Assembly (NCBI GenBank): GCA_049522055.1
Contig: JBEKOF010000009.1
Location: 1-36,544, forward strand
From: Verrucomicrobiota bacterium
GTDB taxonomy: Bacteria; Verrucomicrobiota; Verrucomicrobiia; Limisphaerales; Palsa-1400
Reading direction: 5' to 3'
DNA: 36,544 nt
The position numbers were made by a program, and so were the translations under genes. The notes below the pieces were generated by a model. That model was not told where the DNA came from. It was given only the letters and a program-made list of their open reading frames with translations, and made no database searches. Positions 8,667 to 17,511 of the stretch are shown here, piece by piece (position 1 is the stretch's first letter; the number at the start of each line of letters is the position of its first letter).

Positions 8667-9929
8667 TCAATCGCCTTCCTGGCGCTCGACGCGGGCGCCG
8701 AGCTTGCGCAGTTTTTCGTCAATTTTCTCATAGCCGCGATCAATGTGATAGACGCGGCTGATCTGGGTGACTCCCCGGGCCACCAGGCCCGCGATGATCA
8801 GCGCCGCCGAGGCCCGCAAATCGCTGGCCATGACTTGCGCCCCGCTCAGGGGCCGCCCGCCTTTGACGATGGCGCTGGGACCTTCGATGGCGATGTCCGC
8901 GCCCAACCGGGCCAGTTCGCTGACGTGCATGAAACGGGACTCGAAAATGCGCTCGGTAATGATGCTGATGCCCGGGGTCATGGCCATGAGCACCATCATT
9001 TGCGCCTGCACATCGGTGGGAAACCCGGCGTAGGGAAGCGTGGTGATGTCCACCGGCTTCAACCGCCCGCGGCGGGAAATCTTCAGCGCAGGGCCGACGC
9101 GCTCCACGTTCACCCCGGCGTCGCGCAGTTTGTCCAGCACGGCGCGCAGATGGTCGGGGCGCGCGCCGAGGATGGTGACCTCGCCCTGGCTGGCAGCGGC
9201 GGCCACGGCGAAGGTGGCCGCCTCAATGCGGTCGGGGATGACTTCGTGTTCCGCGCCGTGGAGACTTTTCACGCCGGTGATGGCCAGGGTGGGACCGCCC
9301 GCGCCGGAGACCTTGGCGCCCATGGCGTTGAGGAAATTGGCCAGGTCAACGACTTCCGGTTCGCAGGCGGCGCTTTCGATGAGGGTCATGCCGTCGGCCA
9401 AAACGGCGGCCATCATGACGTTGGCGGTGCCCAGCACGGTCGGGCCGCAGCGGCCGCCGAGGAACACCTCGGCGCCCTTTAATTTTTTCACGCGGGCGTG
9501 GATGTAGCCGCCGTCAATTGTAATTTTTGTCCCCAGCGCCTCCAGCCCCTTGAGGTGGAGGTCAATGGGGCGCGCGCCAATGACGCAACCGCCGGGCAAG
9601 GAGACGACCGCCTCGCCGCGCCGGCCCAGAAGCGGCCCCAGGATACAGACCGAGCCGCGCATTTTGCGAATCAGATCGTAATCGCCCACGCCCTTGACGC
9701 GGGCGGCGCGCACGGTGAGGGCGCCGCCCTGGAACTTCACTTCGGCCCCGAGCGAGGCGAGGATTCGGCCCATGAACTCCACGTCGCTCAATTGGGGGAC
9801 GCGCCGGATGACGCACGGCTCGCCGGTGAGCAGGGTGGCGGCCATGATGGGGAGCACGGCGTTTTTCGCGCCGCTGATGGCGACTTCGCCGCGCAACGGC
9901 GTTCCGCCTTTGATGAGAAAGCTGTCCAT
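8667..9929 (-). CDS. murA: UDP-N-acetylglucosamine 1-carboxyvinyltransferase
   Basis: 420 aa. MDSFLIKGGTPLRGEVAISGAKNAVLPIMAATLL... matches the EPSP-synthase-fold MurA family along its full length. Confidence 0.95.
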   Translation of the reverse strand: MDSFLIKGGTPLRGEVAISGAKNAVLPIMAATLLTGEPCVIRRVPQLSDVEFMGRILASLGAEVKFQGGALTVRAARVKGVGDYDLIRKMRGSVCILGPLLGRRGEAVVSLPGGCVIGARPIDLHLKGLEALGTKITIDGGYIHARVKKLKGAEVFLGGRCGPTVLGTANVMMAAVLADGMTLIESAACEPEVVDLANFLNAMGAKVSGAGGPTLAITGVKSLHGAEHEVIPDRIEAATFAVAAAASQGEVTILGARPDHLRAVLDKLRDAGVNVERVGPALKISRRGRLKPVDITTLPYAGFPTDVQAQMMVLMAMTPGISIITERIFESRFMHVSELARLGADIAIEGPSAIVKGGRPLSGAQVMASDLRASAALIIAGLVARGVTQISRVYHIDRGYEKIDEKLRKLGARVERQEGD

Positions 9930-9960
9930 AATAAAAACCTGTTTCCCGCCGGGCGCGCCC

Positions 9961-10818
9961 TCAACCGGCCTGCCGGCGCGCGATCAAAATTCTTGGACGC
10001 TGATTGTAATCGGGTTCCACCGGTTCGACAATCCAGTTTTGCCGCCGGAAAATTTCCGCCGCCGCCGCATGGCTCTCCTCGTCCAACTCCAGCATGAGGC
10101 GTCCGTCCGGTTCCAGAAAAAGGCCCGATTCGGCGGCGATGCGCCGGTAAAAATCCAAGCCGTCGGCGCCGCCGTCAAGGGCCTGGCGCGGCTCATGGTC
10201 GCGCACTTCCGGGTCCAGCGTCTGGATCCGCTCCGTCGGGATGTAGGGTGGATTGGAGACGATGAGCCGAAAACGCAGCGAGGGCGGCACGGCGGCGAAA
10301 AGGTCGCCGTGATAAAACCGGATGGCGGCGTGATGGCGGGCGGCGTTTTCGCGCGCCAGCGCCAGCGCGTCGGCGGAGGCGTCGCTGGCGTGAATGGCCG
10401 CCCGCGGGACGTTGACGGCCAGGGCGATGGCCAGGCAGCCGCTGCCGGTGCCCAGGTCCAGGGCCGCGGCGGATTGGTCAGGGGGGGATGCCTTGAGGAA
10501 TATCCAGGCGCGTTCGGCCAGCAACTCCGTTTCCGGGCGGGGCACAAGGACGTGGGGATTGACGGCTAATTCCAGCGCGCAAAATGGAGCGGAGCCAACG
10601 ATGTACTGGAGCGGCTCCCGGTTGCCCCGGCGCTGGACCAGGGCGCGCACGGCGTCCAATTCTTCCTGGGTGAGGCTGCGCTCGAAATTCAAATATAGCT
10701 TCATGCGGGGCATTCGCAAAGCATGGGCCAGCAGACTTTCCACCTGGAGCCGTGGAGAGAGGACCGCCTTTTTGGCCAGAAAATCCGCCCCGCGTTGAAT
10801 CACTTCAAGAATGGTCAC
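9961..10818 (-). CDS. prmC: release factor glutamine N5-methyltransferase (HemK/PrmC)
   Basis: 285 aa with the SAM motif LDLGTGSGCLAIALA and the NPPY catalytic motif (LIVSNPPYIP). It sits immediately upstream of murA on the same strand. Confidence 0.9.
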   Translation of the reverse strand: MTILEVIQRGADFLAKKAVLSPRLQVESLLAHALRMPRMKLYLNFERSLTQEELDAVRALVQRRGNREPLQYIVGSAPFCALELAVNPHVLVPRPETELLAERAWIFLKASPPDQSAAALDLGTGSGCLAIALAVNVPRAAIHASDASADALALARENAARHHAAIRFYHGDLFAAVPPSLRFRLIVSNPPYIPTERIQTLDPEVRDHEPRQALDGGADGLDFYRRIAAESGLFLEPDGRLMLELDEESHAAAAEIFRRQNWIVEPVEPDYNQRPRILIARRQAG

Positions 10819-10908
10819 GGGGTTAAAAATAGGTTTAAACGGCCAAGTTCAAAGCGCAAAATGGCGCTTCCGTATCCGGTTCGTCACCAGATTGTTGCGA
10901 TGGGTCGC

Positions 10909-10937
10909 TTGACAAAGTTTGGGGATGGGCTATAAAT
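10909..10937 (+). promoter_or_regulatory. sigma70-like promoter (TTGACA, 16-17 nt spacer, TATAAA/ATAAAT)
   Basis: ttgaca at 10909-10914 and tataaa at 10931-10936 in an AT-rich intergenic island. The predicted transcription start is near 10943. Confidence 0.5.
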
Positions 10938-10942
10938 AACAG

Positions 10943-11116
10943 CGTAAATGAATAAAGCATTTGCAGTCCAGACCAGTCTGTGCGCGCATCGCTCCGGTGG
11001 AGCGATTCCGATGTGGCGCGCCTGTCGGACTGCTGGCAACGTGGATAGTGTTTTCTAAGGAAAAACAACAATTTCAAGAACCCACGATGGCCAGTCAATC
11101 GTGGGTTTTTCGTTTT
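10943..11116 (+). ncRNA. candidate small RNA or structured 5' leader of about 170 nt, bounded by a promoter and an intrinsic terminator. Class unknown.
   Basis: No credible ORF: the 63-aa ORF 10961..11152 reads straight through the terminator. There is an internal 8-bp hairpin (atcgctcc ggt ggagcgat, 10988-11006) and a terminal intrinsic terminator. I could not match it to any known RNA family by eye. Confidence 0.3.
11081..11116 (+). terminator. Rho-independent terminator (8-bp GC-rich stem, 9-nt loop, T-tract)
   Basis: cccacgat ggccagtca atcgtggg followed by tttttcgtttt. Confidence 0.55.
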
Positions 11117-11148
11117 ATACGACCGCAATGCAACAATTTTGAAATAAT

Positions 11149-11496
11149 ATGAAGAAAAAGAATCAAGTAGCGACGTGGTTCCAGCCGGATACCCGGTTCG
11201 AAATCACGCCCCTGCTCCCCGTGCCCTTTCGCGGCACGCAGGAAACGGAACTGGATCGTCTCAAGGCCCGGCTTTTGAAGCAGTTGCTCGACCAAACGGA
11301 GGATCCGCAGTTTTATGCGCCCTTGCGCCGCGCCGCCAATGAAGCGGCCGCGCTGGCCTGGTTTACGCCTTTCCCGCTCCTATTCTTCCCGGCCTTGCTG
11401 GAGGAGAAGGCGCGCGCGGCGCGGCAGCAAGGAGCCCGGCAGCGCTGCATCCGGCTTCGCAGCCAGAATCTGTTGGAGAATGCGGTGGAGGCGTGA
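11149..11496 (+). CDS. hypothetical protein
   Basis: 115-aa ORF starting 33 nt after the terminator. No family recognised and no obvious Shine-Dalgarno sequence. Confidence 0.35.
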   Translation: MKKKNQVATWFQPDTRFEITPLLPVPFRGTQETELDRLKARLLKQLLDQTEDPQFYAPLRRAANEAAALAWFTPFPLLFFPALLEEKARAARQQGARQRCIRLRSQNLLENAVEA

Positions 11497-11667
11497 TTGA
11501 AAACTTGTGCATGGAGTGGGGAACCCTCTGGCGCAGCCCTGGAGGCCTCCGGGGCTGCGCCGATTTGGGGGTCAGGATCTAATCCATCCGGCTAATGTGG
11601 CGAATGTGGTTGACCGCTCCGACGCGATGCCTAGTTTTGTCGGGTGGGTTACCAAACCAATCCATGG

Positions 11668-12921
11668 ATGATGCTGCCGTTTGGGCTGTTGCTCGCCGCA
11701 ATGGCTCTGGGGCCGGTGCTCCTTCCTCAATGGTGGCAGAAGCATTACGGCGAGGTGGCCAGCGCGCTTGGGGCCGTGACGGTGGGCTGTTATCTCTTGA
11801 TTCTCCCATCGGCGGCGGCGCAGACGGTTGTGCGGACCGGTTATGTTTACCTGGGCTTCATTGCGATGATGGGTTCGCTGTTCGTCGTCTCCGGCGGCAT
11901 CCACCTCAACCTTGGCGAGGAGACGACGCCGGCGGCCAATGTGGCCTTCCTGCTGGCGGGGGCGCTGCTGGCCAATCTCGTCGGCACCGTCGGTGCGTCC
12001 CTGCTGCTGATCCGCCCGTGGCTGCGCTGCAACGAGCAGCGCCTGCGCGCCTATCATGTGATCTTCTTTATTTTTATCATTTCCAACGTCGGCGGCTGCC
12101 TGACGCCGTTTGGCAATCCACCTCTTTTTCTGGGCTGCCTGATGGGCGTGCCGCTTTGGTGGGTGACGGAACATTGCTGGCCGATGTGGCTTTGCGGCGT
12201 CGGGTTCCTGCTGGCGGTTTTTTATTCCCTTGACCGCCGCAATGCCCGGTGCGCCGCCGCGCCGCCGCCTTCCGGGCCGCGCCAGCCGTGGCGGGTGGAA
12301 GGAATGTGGAACCTCGTTTTTTTGGCGGTGATTCTGGGGGCGGTTTTCGTCCCGCGTCCGCTCTTTTTGCGGGAGGGGCTGATGTTGGCCGCCGCGGCGG
12401 CGTCCTGGTTCACCACCGGCAAAGCGGTGCATCAGGCCAACCATTTTGATTTTCATCCGATCCGGGAAGTGGCGGTGTTGTTTCTGGGGATTTTTGCCAC
12501 GATGATGCCGGCGCTGGACTGGCTGCAAACCAACGCCCGGATGGCGCTGGGCGCGGACCCGTCGCCCGCGCTGGTCTATTGGAGTTCGGGCGCGCTGTCG
12601 AGCCTGCTGGACAACGCGCCGGCCTACCTGAGTTTTCTGGGCGCCCTGTTCGGCGCGCAAGGGCAGGGGCTGGGGCATCCGGCGGAGATGAAACAAATAC
12701 TTGACGCCGGCCATTTGGGCCAATCGCTCGCGGCGCTGAGCGTGGCGGCGGTGTTTTTCGGGGGATGCTCTTACATCGGCAACGGGCCAAATCTGATGGT
12801 CAAAGCCATCGCCGAGAGGCGGCAGGCGGCCCTGCCGGGTTTCCTGGGGTACATTTTTAAATGGACACTGCCGGTAATGCTGCCATTGCTAATAGGGATT
12901 TGGCTGATTTTTTTCCGGTAG
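11668..12921 (+). CDS. ArsB/NhaD-superfamily ion transporter (NhaD-like Na+/H+ antiporter-type permease)
   Basis: ORF 11644..12921 opens with GTG. ATG 11668 gives MMLPFGLLLAAMALGP. There are about 11-12 TM helices. The C-terminal GGCSYIGNGPNLMVKAIAE block is characteristic of this permease superfamily. Confidence 0.6.
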   Translation: MMLPFGLLLAAMALGPVLLPQWWQKHYGEVASALGAVTVGCYLLILPSAAAQTVVRTGYVYLGFIAMMGSLFVVSGGIHLNLGEETTPAANVAFLLAGALLANLVGTVGASLLLIRPWLRCNEQRLRAYHVIFFIFIISNVGGCLTPFGNPPLFLGCLMGVPLWWVTEHCWPMWLCGVGFLLAVFYSLDRRNARCAAAPPPSGPRQPWRVEGMWNLVFLAVILGAVFVPRPLFLREGLMLAAAAASWFTTGKAVHQANHFDFHPIREVAVLFLGIFATMMPALDWLQTNARMALGADPSPALVYWSSGALSSLLDNAPAYLSFLGALFGAQGQGLGHPAEMKQILDAGHLGQSLAALSVAAVFFGGCSYIGNGPNLMVKAIAERRQAALPGFLGYIFKWTLPVMLPLLIGIWLIFFR

Positions 12922-12924
12922 GAC

Positions 12925-14232
12925 ATGCGACTGGGATACAACATTTTGTTCGTGGTTTTTTTCTGGCTGAGCGCGCCCTGGTATTTTTTGAAAATGTGGC
13001 GGCGCGGGAATTGGCGGGCCGGTCTGGGGGAGCGTTTTGGCCGCTACAGCCCGGCCTTCAAGGCGGCCGCCGCCGGGCGCCCGACACTCTGGCTCCATGC
13101 GGTGAGCGTGGGGGAAGTGGGCGTTTGTTTGCAATTGATCCGCGCGCTGGAGCCGCGCCTGCCGGGCTGGCAATTCGCCGTTTCCACCACCACCTCCACC
13201 GGCATGGGCGAATTGCGGCGGCGCCTGCCCCCCCACCTTCGGCGGCTTTATTATCCGGCCGATTTCCCCGGCGCCGTCCGCCGCGCGCTGGAGACGCTGC
13301 GCCCGCGCGCCATCATTCTGGTCGAAGCCGAATTGTGGCCCAATTTTCTTTGGCAGGCGCTGGATCGCGGCATCCCGTTGTTTCTGGTCAACGCGCGCAT
13401 CTCCGACCGCTCGCTGCGCGGCTACCGGCGCTTCGCCTTTTTGTTCCGCCCCATTTTCGCGCAATTCCGCGGCGTCGGCTGCCAGCATCCCGGCGACGCT
13501 CAACGCTTGCTCGCGCTGGGTTTTCCCGCCGCCGCCGCGCGCGTGACGGGGAATTTGAAGTTCGACGCCGCCAAACCGGACGACTGTCCGGGCCTGGACG
13601 CCGCCGCGCTGCTGCGCCAGATCGGCGTCAAGCCCGGCGCCCTCCTTCTGGTGGCCGGGAGCACTCACGCGGGCGAGGAGGCCGTCCTGGCGGAAATGCT
13701 GCCGCGGCTGCGCCGGCGTTTCCCCAATCTGTTTCTCATCCTGGTGCCGCGCCATTTCGAGCGCGCCAGGGACGTGAGCCGCGAACTGGAGGCCCGCGGG
13801 CTGAAGTTCATCCGCCGGTCGGACATCACCCCGGAGACGCGCCTGGCGCCGGGCGAGGTGGATTGCCTGCTGGTCAACAGCACGGGAGAACTCAAGTTCT
13901 TTTATGAGCAGGCGGCGCTGGTCTTCGTGGGCAAGAGCCTCACCGCCCAGGGCGGCCAGAACCCCATCGAACCGGCGGCGCTGGGCAAGGCCATGGTGTT
14001 TGGTCCGAACATGCAGAACTTCGCCTCCGTGACCCAGGCATTCCTGGCCGGGCAGGGCGCCGTCCAGGTGCGCACCGCGGCGGAATTGGAAGAGGCGCTG
14101 GCTCAATTGCTTGGCAACGACGCCCTGCGCGCACAGTTGGGCGCGAAGGCCCTGCGGATTTTTCAGGAGAACCTCGGCGCCACCGAACGGACGGTGGACA
14201 TGATTTTGGAAACGGGCGCCGGCGCGTTCTGA
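12925..14232 (+). CDS. waaA: 3-deoxy-D-manno-octulosonic acid (Kdo) transferase
   Basis: 435 aa with an N-terminal membrane anchor and the hallmark WLHAVSVGE motif. The C-terminal GT-B half contains FVGKSL...GGQNPIEPAALGKAMVFGP. Confidence 0.85.
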   Translation: MRLGYNILFVVFFWLSAPWYFLKMWRRGNWRAGLGERFGRYSPAFKAAAAGRPTLWLHAVSVGEVGVCLQLIRALEPRLPGWQFAVSTTTSTGMGELRRRLPPHLRRLYYPADFPGAVRRALETLRPRAIILVEAELWPNFLWQALDRGIPLFLVNARISDRSLRGYRRFAFLFRPIFAQFRGVGCQHPGDAQRLLALGFPAAAARVTGNLKFDAAKPDDCPGLDAAALLRQIGVKPGALLLVAGSTHAGEEAVLAEMLPRLRRRFPNLFLILVPRHFERARDVSRELEARGLKFIRRSDITPETRLAPGEVDCLLVNSTGELKFFYEQAALVFVGKSLTAQGGQNPIEPAALGKAMVFGPNMQNFASVTQAFLAGQGAVQVRTAAELEEALAQLLGNDALRAQLGAKALRIFQENLGATERTVDMILETGAGAF

Positions 14233-14237
14233 AAACG

Positions 14238-14259
14238 GGCGCCTGCCGTTCAAGGCGCC
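14238..14259. terminator. palindromic hairpin (ggcgcc, 10-nt loop, ggcgcc) straddling the stop codons of convergent waaA and the large membrane protein gene
   Basis: ggcgcctgccgttcaaggcgcc. No strong T-tract on the + strand. A cgtttt follows on the - strand, but there the hairpin lies partly inside the coding sequence. Confidence 0.25.
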
Positions 14260-16571
14260 TTCAAGCTCGACGTCACGTTGGCCAGCGTGAGGATTCGCTG
14301 TTCGGGGGTGGGGGGATTGACCAGGAATATCCCCATCATGTTCTGCCCCGGTTTGAGCGGGCATTCCAGGACCAGCGGCCCGGCAGTCAGGGGATAATCC
14401 CGCGAGAAATCGGAGGTCCGCACCCGGATGATGTTATTGGTGACAGGCTGCCCGTTTTGGTCAATGACATTGCAACGAATCTCCAGGCGCGCCGCCTGCC
14501 GGACGGCAACGGGGGCCTGGAATTGATTTGAGATCAATCTTATCCGATTGTCCGGCTTCCCGCGGTAGTGGACGCTCCAACTGTTGAAAGCATAAGTCAC
14601 CGTCAGAGGGAAATCCGGCAGGGCGGGCGCCTCGGCGTCCTCGCACAGAACCGACGTGCCGGGCCAATCCAGGTTCGGAGCGCCGAGCGGGGTGGACTCA
14701 TTCTCGACAAACGCGTGCTCAATGGTTCCTTGAAAACCGCGATTCTTGAGACAGACCCACAAAGGGTACTCCCAAGTGTCGCCGCCGATTTTTAAGAGGA
14801 CGTTCGTGACGCCGGAATTGACAAGGTCCCGCGCCACTTCGGCGGTGCCGGGGTAAAGTTCAGGGCGCCGGCAAAAATATCTTTCCTCGCGCGTTTTGAA
14901 CCGCTCGTCGGAGAGTTGAAATATCGGATATTGGAAATTGTAATAAAGCACCAGCAGCGCGTTCAACACCAGCAACAGCGCCGCCACCAGCACGCACCAG
15001 CGATTCCACACCCAGCCTAAAACCATCCCCGCGAACGGCGCCGCCATCATGAAAAAAGGCAGGTGCAGCCGCGGGTGCCACGGCTGCCACTTCAAGTAGC
15101 CGGAAAAGAGCGCAAATCCGGCCATGACCAGGCCGAGGTAAACCGCCAGCGGCGATTTCCATTTGAATTTGATCAGAAAGAAAACCGTCCCCAGCAGCAC
15201 CGGCAAGACCGTCATCATCCCGCCAAAGCCGTCGTCGTTTTTGGCCTCCGCGTTGGGAGGCAAATAAAAAACCGTGTCGTGCCAGACGCTGCCAGTGTCC
15301 TGCGGCGGCTCCCCGATGGCCTTAAACAAACCGAGAAAAATACGATGCACGCCGTCGGTAACCGGCGCAAACGGAGTGCTGGCGTAAAGCCCCAGATTAC
15401 GGAGTATATTTGCCGCCAGTTTGGCCGGCGCGTGGTCTGCCAACGTCTGAATCTTGCGGGTGTCCTGGGATCCCAGCGGGTTGTGGAACACCCTGTCATT
15501 GCGCGTCATCCACGGCAGGTTGACCGCCAGCGCGAAAACCGCCATCGCCAGCCCGAGCGTCAATAACATCCGGAGCGATTTGCGCAACAGCCAGACCGCC
15601 AGCCCCAGGACAAACGGCGCGGCATTGATAAACATCGTCGGCTTGTTATTGATTCCCAGCGCAAACGCCGCCGCCACCCCCAGGGCATAAAAACGGTTGG
15701 CCGGCTCTTGCGCCAACAGCAGGCCAAAGACCCCCAGCAACATCACCCACTGTGCCGCCAAATAATCATTCTGCGTGGAAATCGCGTCGGGGATTCCCGC
15801 GGGAATCGTCATGGCAATCAGCGCGGCAAACAGGCCGCAGAACCGCACCTTGCCCGGATCCAGCGGCGTCTTGCCAAAATGCCACCCGCAAAATCGTTCC
15901 GCCATCAGGCCGGCCATCGCGGCGCACGTCGCCAGCGCGCACCACTGCGGCAGATTCAGCGCCCAATCATTGCCGGAGAGCAGCATCAGAATGCTGGTTT
16001 GCTGTTCGGCGCCGGGGGCCGATTCCAGTTGCCGGATGATGTTCGTCGGATAATCCGCCAGACTGCGCTGCTGCAACCAATGCATCACGCGCGGCACGTG
16101 ATACGTCATCGAATCCCAGACATTCGGCGGACACTGCAACGCGACCACGCCGACGACCAGCGCCATTGCTGCCGCCAAAACAAACAGCGTGATAATCCAG
16201 CCGCGCGACAATGAACCGGTCGCCGGCCGCACGGAGAACTGCCTCCATCCTTCCCGGAGTGCGGCCCTGATTTTTTCCGGGGTGGGTTTATGCATTCGGA
16301 CGACCGCCGCCAGCAGCGCCGCATCCACCGCCAGCCAGGCCCCGAGCACGGTTCCCCTTGTCAACTGGCGCAGGGCGCCGGCGCACTCGGTAATGCCGGC
16401 ACAAAGGAATCCCATCAGCAGGAGAGTGAACGCCCAGCAGACGCGCCAATCCCTGCCGATCAAATTTCGCGCGGCAAGACCCCGAAAAAAAAGGCAGCCG
16501 CAGCCAACACAAAACCAGAGCGGCGAGAGTGTGAAGAGCAACTGAAAAATCGGCGGGTTGAGGTCCGTCAT
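14250..16571 (-). CDS. large polytopic membrane protein, putative glycosyltransferase of the ArnT/PMT (GT39/GT83)-like type with a C-terminal soluble domain
   Basis: 773 aa with at least 12 hydrophobic helices, an early loop containing NVWDSMTYHVPRVMHW, and a C-terminal domain of about 250 aa without TM segments. It lies downstream of a sugar-1-phosphate nucleotidyltransferase on the same strand. The family call is tentative. Confidence 0.5.
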   Translation of the reverse strand: MTDLNPPIFQLLFTLSPLWFCVGCGCLFFRGLAARNLIGRDWRVCWAFTLLLMGFLCAGITECAGALRQLTRGTVLGAWLAVDAALLAAVVRMHKPTPEKIRAALREGWRQFSVRPATGSLSRGWIITLFVLAAAMALVVGVVALQCPPNVWDSMTYHVPRVMHWLQQRSLADYPTNIIRQLESAPGAEQQTSILMLLSGNDWALNLPQWCALATCAAMAGLMAERFCGWHFGKTPLDPGKVRFCGLFAALIAMTIPAGIPDAISTQNDYLAAQWVMLLGVFGLLLAQEPANRFYALGVAAAFALGINNKPTMFINAAPFVLGLAVWLLRKSLRMLLTLGLAMAVFALAVNLPWMTRNDRVFHNPLGSQDTRKIQTLADHAPAKLAANILRNLGLYASTPFAPVTDGVHRIFLGLFKAIGEPPQDTGSVWHDTVFYLPPNAEAKNDDGFGGMMTVLPVLLGTVFFLIKFKWKSPLAVYLGLVMAGFALFSGYLKWQPWHPRLHLPFFMMAAPFAGMVLGWVWNRWCVLVAALLLVLNALLVLYYNFQYPIFQLSDERFKTREERYFCRRPELYPGTAEVARDLVNSGVTNVLLKIGGDTWEYPLWVCLKNRGFQGTIEHAFVENESTPLGAPNLDWPGTSVLCEDAEAPALPDFPLTVTYAFNSWSVHYRGKPDNRIRLISNQFQAPVAVRQAARLEIRCNVIDQNGQPVTNNIIRVRTSDFSRDYPLTAGPLVLECPLKPGQNMMGIFLVNPPTPEQRILTLANVTSSLKAP

Positions 16572-16669
16572 GGAATCACTTCCGCCGCCGCGCCGGCCGG
16601 CCTTGAGAAACGAAACCTGCCATGTTGCCTCTGCTCATGGCAACGAATATGTCAGCGCGGGAAGTCAGG

Positions 16670-17455
16670 TCAAGCGCGGATTTCCGGCCCGCCGGACGCG
16701 CCCTGCGGCTCGCCCCTTTCCAGCGCGGCCAGCACCTGCGGATCGCGCACATCCACCCACCGGCCCTGGATTTCCAGCCCGGCCAAACGATGCCCCGCCT
16801 CCAGCATGGCGGTGAGCGCGTCGGTCAACTCGTATTCGCCGCGCGGGGATTTCGCCAGTCTGGCCGTAAACTCAAACAAGAGGGGTTTGAAAATGTAAAT
16901 CCCCGCGTTGTACCAGGCACTCTCTCCCGGCCGGAGACGCCCTTCGCGCCGCAGCGCCTCCAGTTGGGCCGCAGTGGGTTTTTCGACCAGTTTTTCCAGG
17001 CAGAAATCCGGGTCGAAAAAAAACAGCCCGCCCTTGGTCACATCCTCGCTCCCGGTGCAAGTGACCAGCCCGGAAAAACCGCCGCTGCCATACCGGCGCA
17101 ACATCCCCCGATAAGTTTGGGGCCGGACCAAAATATCGCCGTAGGTCAGCAGAAAATCATCGCCGCCGACAAATTGTCTGGCAACCTCCGGGGCCTTGCC
17201 CGTGCCGTCCTGCACCACCTGTCGCCCAAAGGAAACTTTGGCGTTCCATTTTGCGCCGTCGCCGAAATGGCTTTCGATCACCTCCGCCCGAAACCCCGTG
17301 ACGATGAAAAAATCCCGGATGCCCGCCGCCATCAGTCCTTCGAGAATGTGTTCCAAAATGGGTTTGCCCTGGACACAAAGCATCGGCTTGGGCAATTGGT
17401 TGGTCAGTTCGCCCATGCGCGTGCCCTTGCCGGCGGCCAAAATAACAGCTTTCAT
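16670..17455 (-). CDS. sugar-phosphate nucleotidyltransferase (NTP_transferase family; MurU / G1P-thymidylyltransferase-like short form)
   Basis: ORF 16670..17626 trimmed to ATG 17455: MKAVILAAGKGTRMGELTNQLPKPML...GDDFLLTYGDIL. The roughly 57-codon Gly/Arg-rich extension upstream is unlikely to be coding. Confidence 0.7.
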   Translation of the reverse strand: MKAVILAAGKGTRMGELTNQLPKPMLCVQGKPILEHILEGLMAAGIRDFFIVTGFRAEVIESHFGDGAKWNAKVSFGRQVVQDGTGKAPEVARQFVGGDDFLLTYGDILVRPQTYRGMLRRYGSGGFSGLVTCTGSEDVTKGGLFFFDPDFCLEKLVEKPTAAQLEALRREGRLRPGESAWYNAGIYIFKPLLFEFTARLAKSPRGEYELTDALTAMLEAGHRLAGLEIQGRWVDVRDPQVLAALERGEPQGASGGPEIRA

Positions 17456-17511
17456 CACCACCCCAGATAATCCGCCCGCGCCCGCCGCGCAACCAAATGT
17501 TGAAACCGCTT

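Noticed and set aside
10961-11152. 63-aa ORF inside the candidate sRNA region
   Set aside because: It reads straight through the 8-bp terminator stem and T-tract and has no ribosome-binding context. It is more parsimonious as non-coding.
12889-14364. 491-aa - strand ORF antisense to waaA (also 11572..12723 - antisense to the transporter, 17737..18909 + and 19062..20012 + antisense to the REC-MBL genes, 23825..24886 -, 27835..28617 -, 32829..34400 -, 35679..36458 -)
   Set aside because: All are antisense to strongly supported genes in a high-GC genome where stop codons are rare on the opposite strand. None has a recognisable domain.
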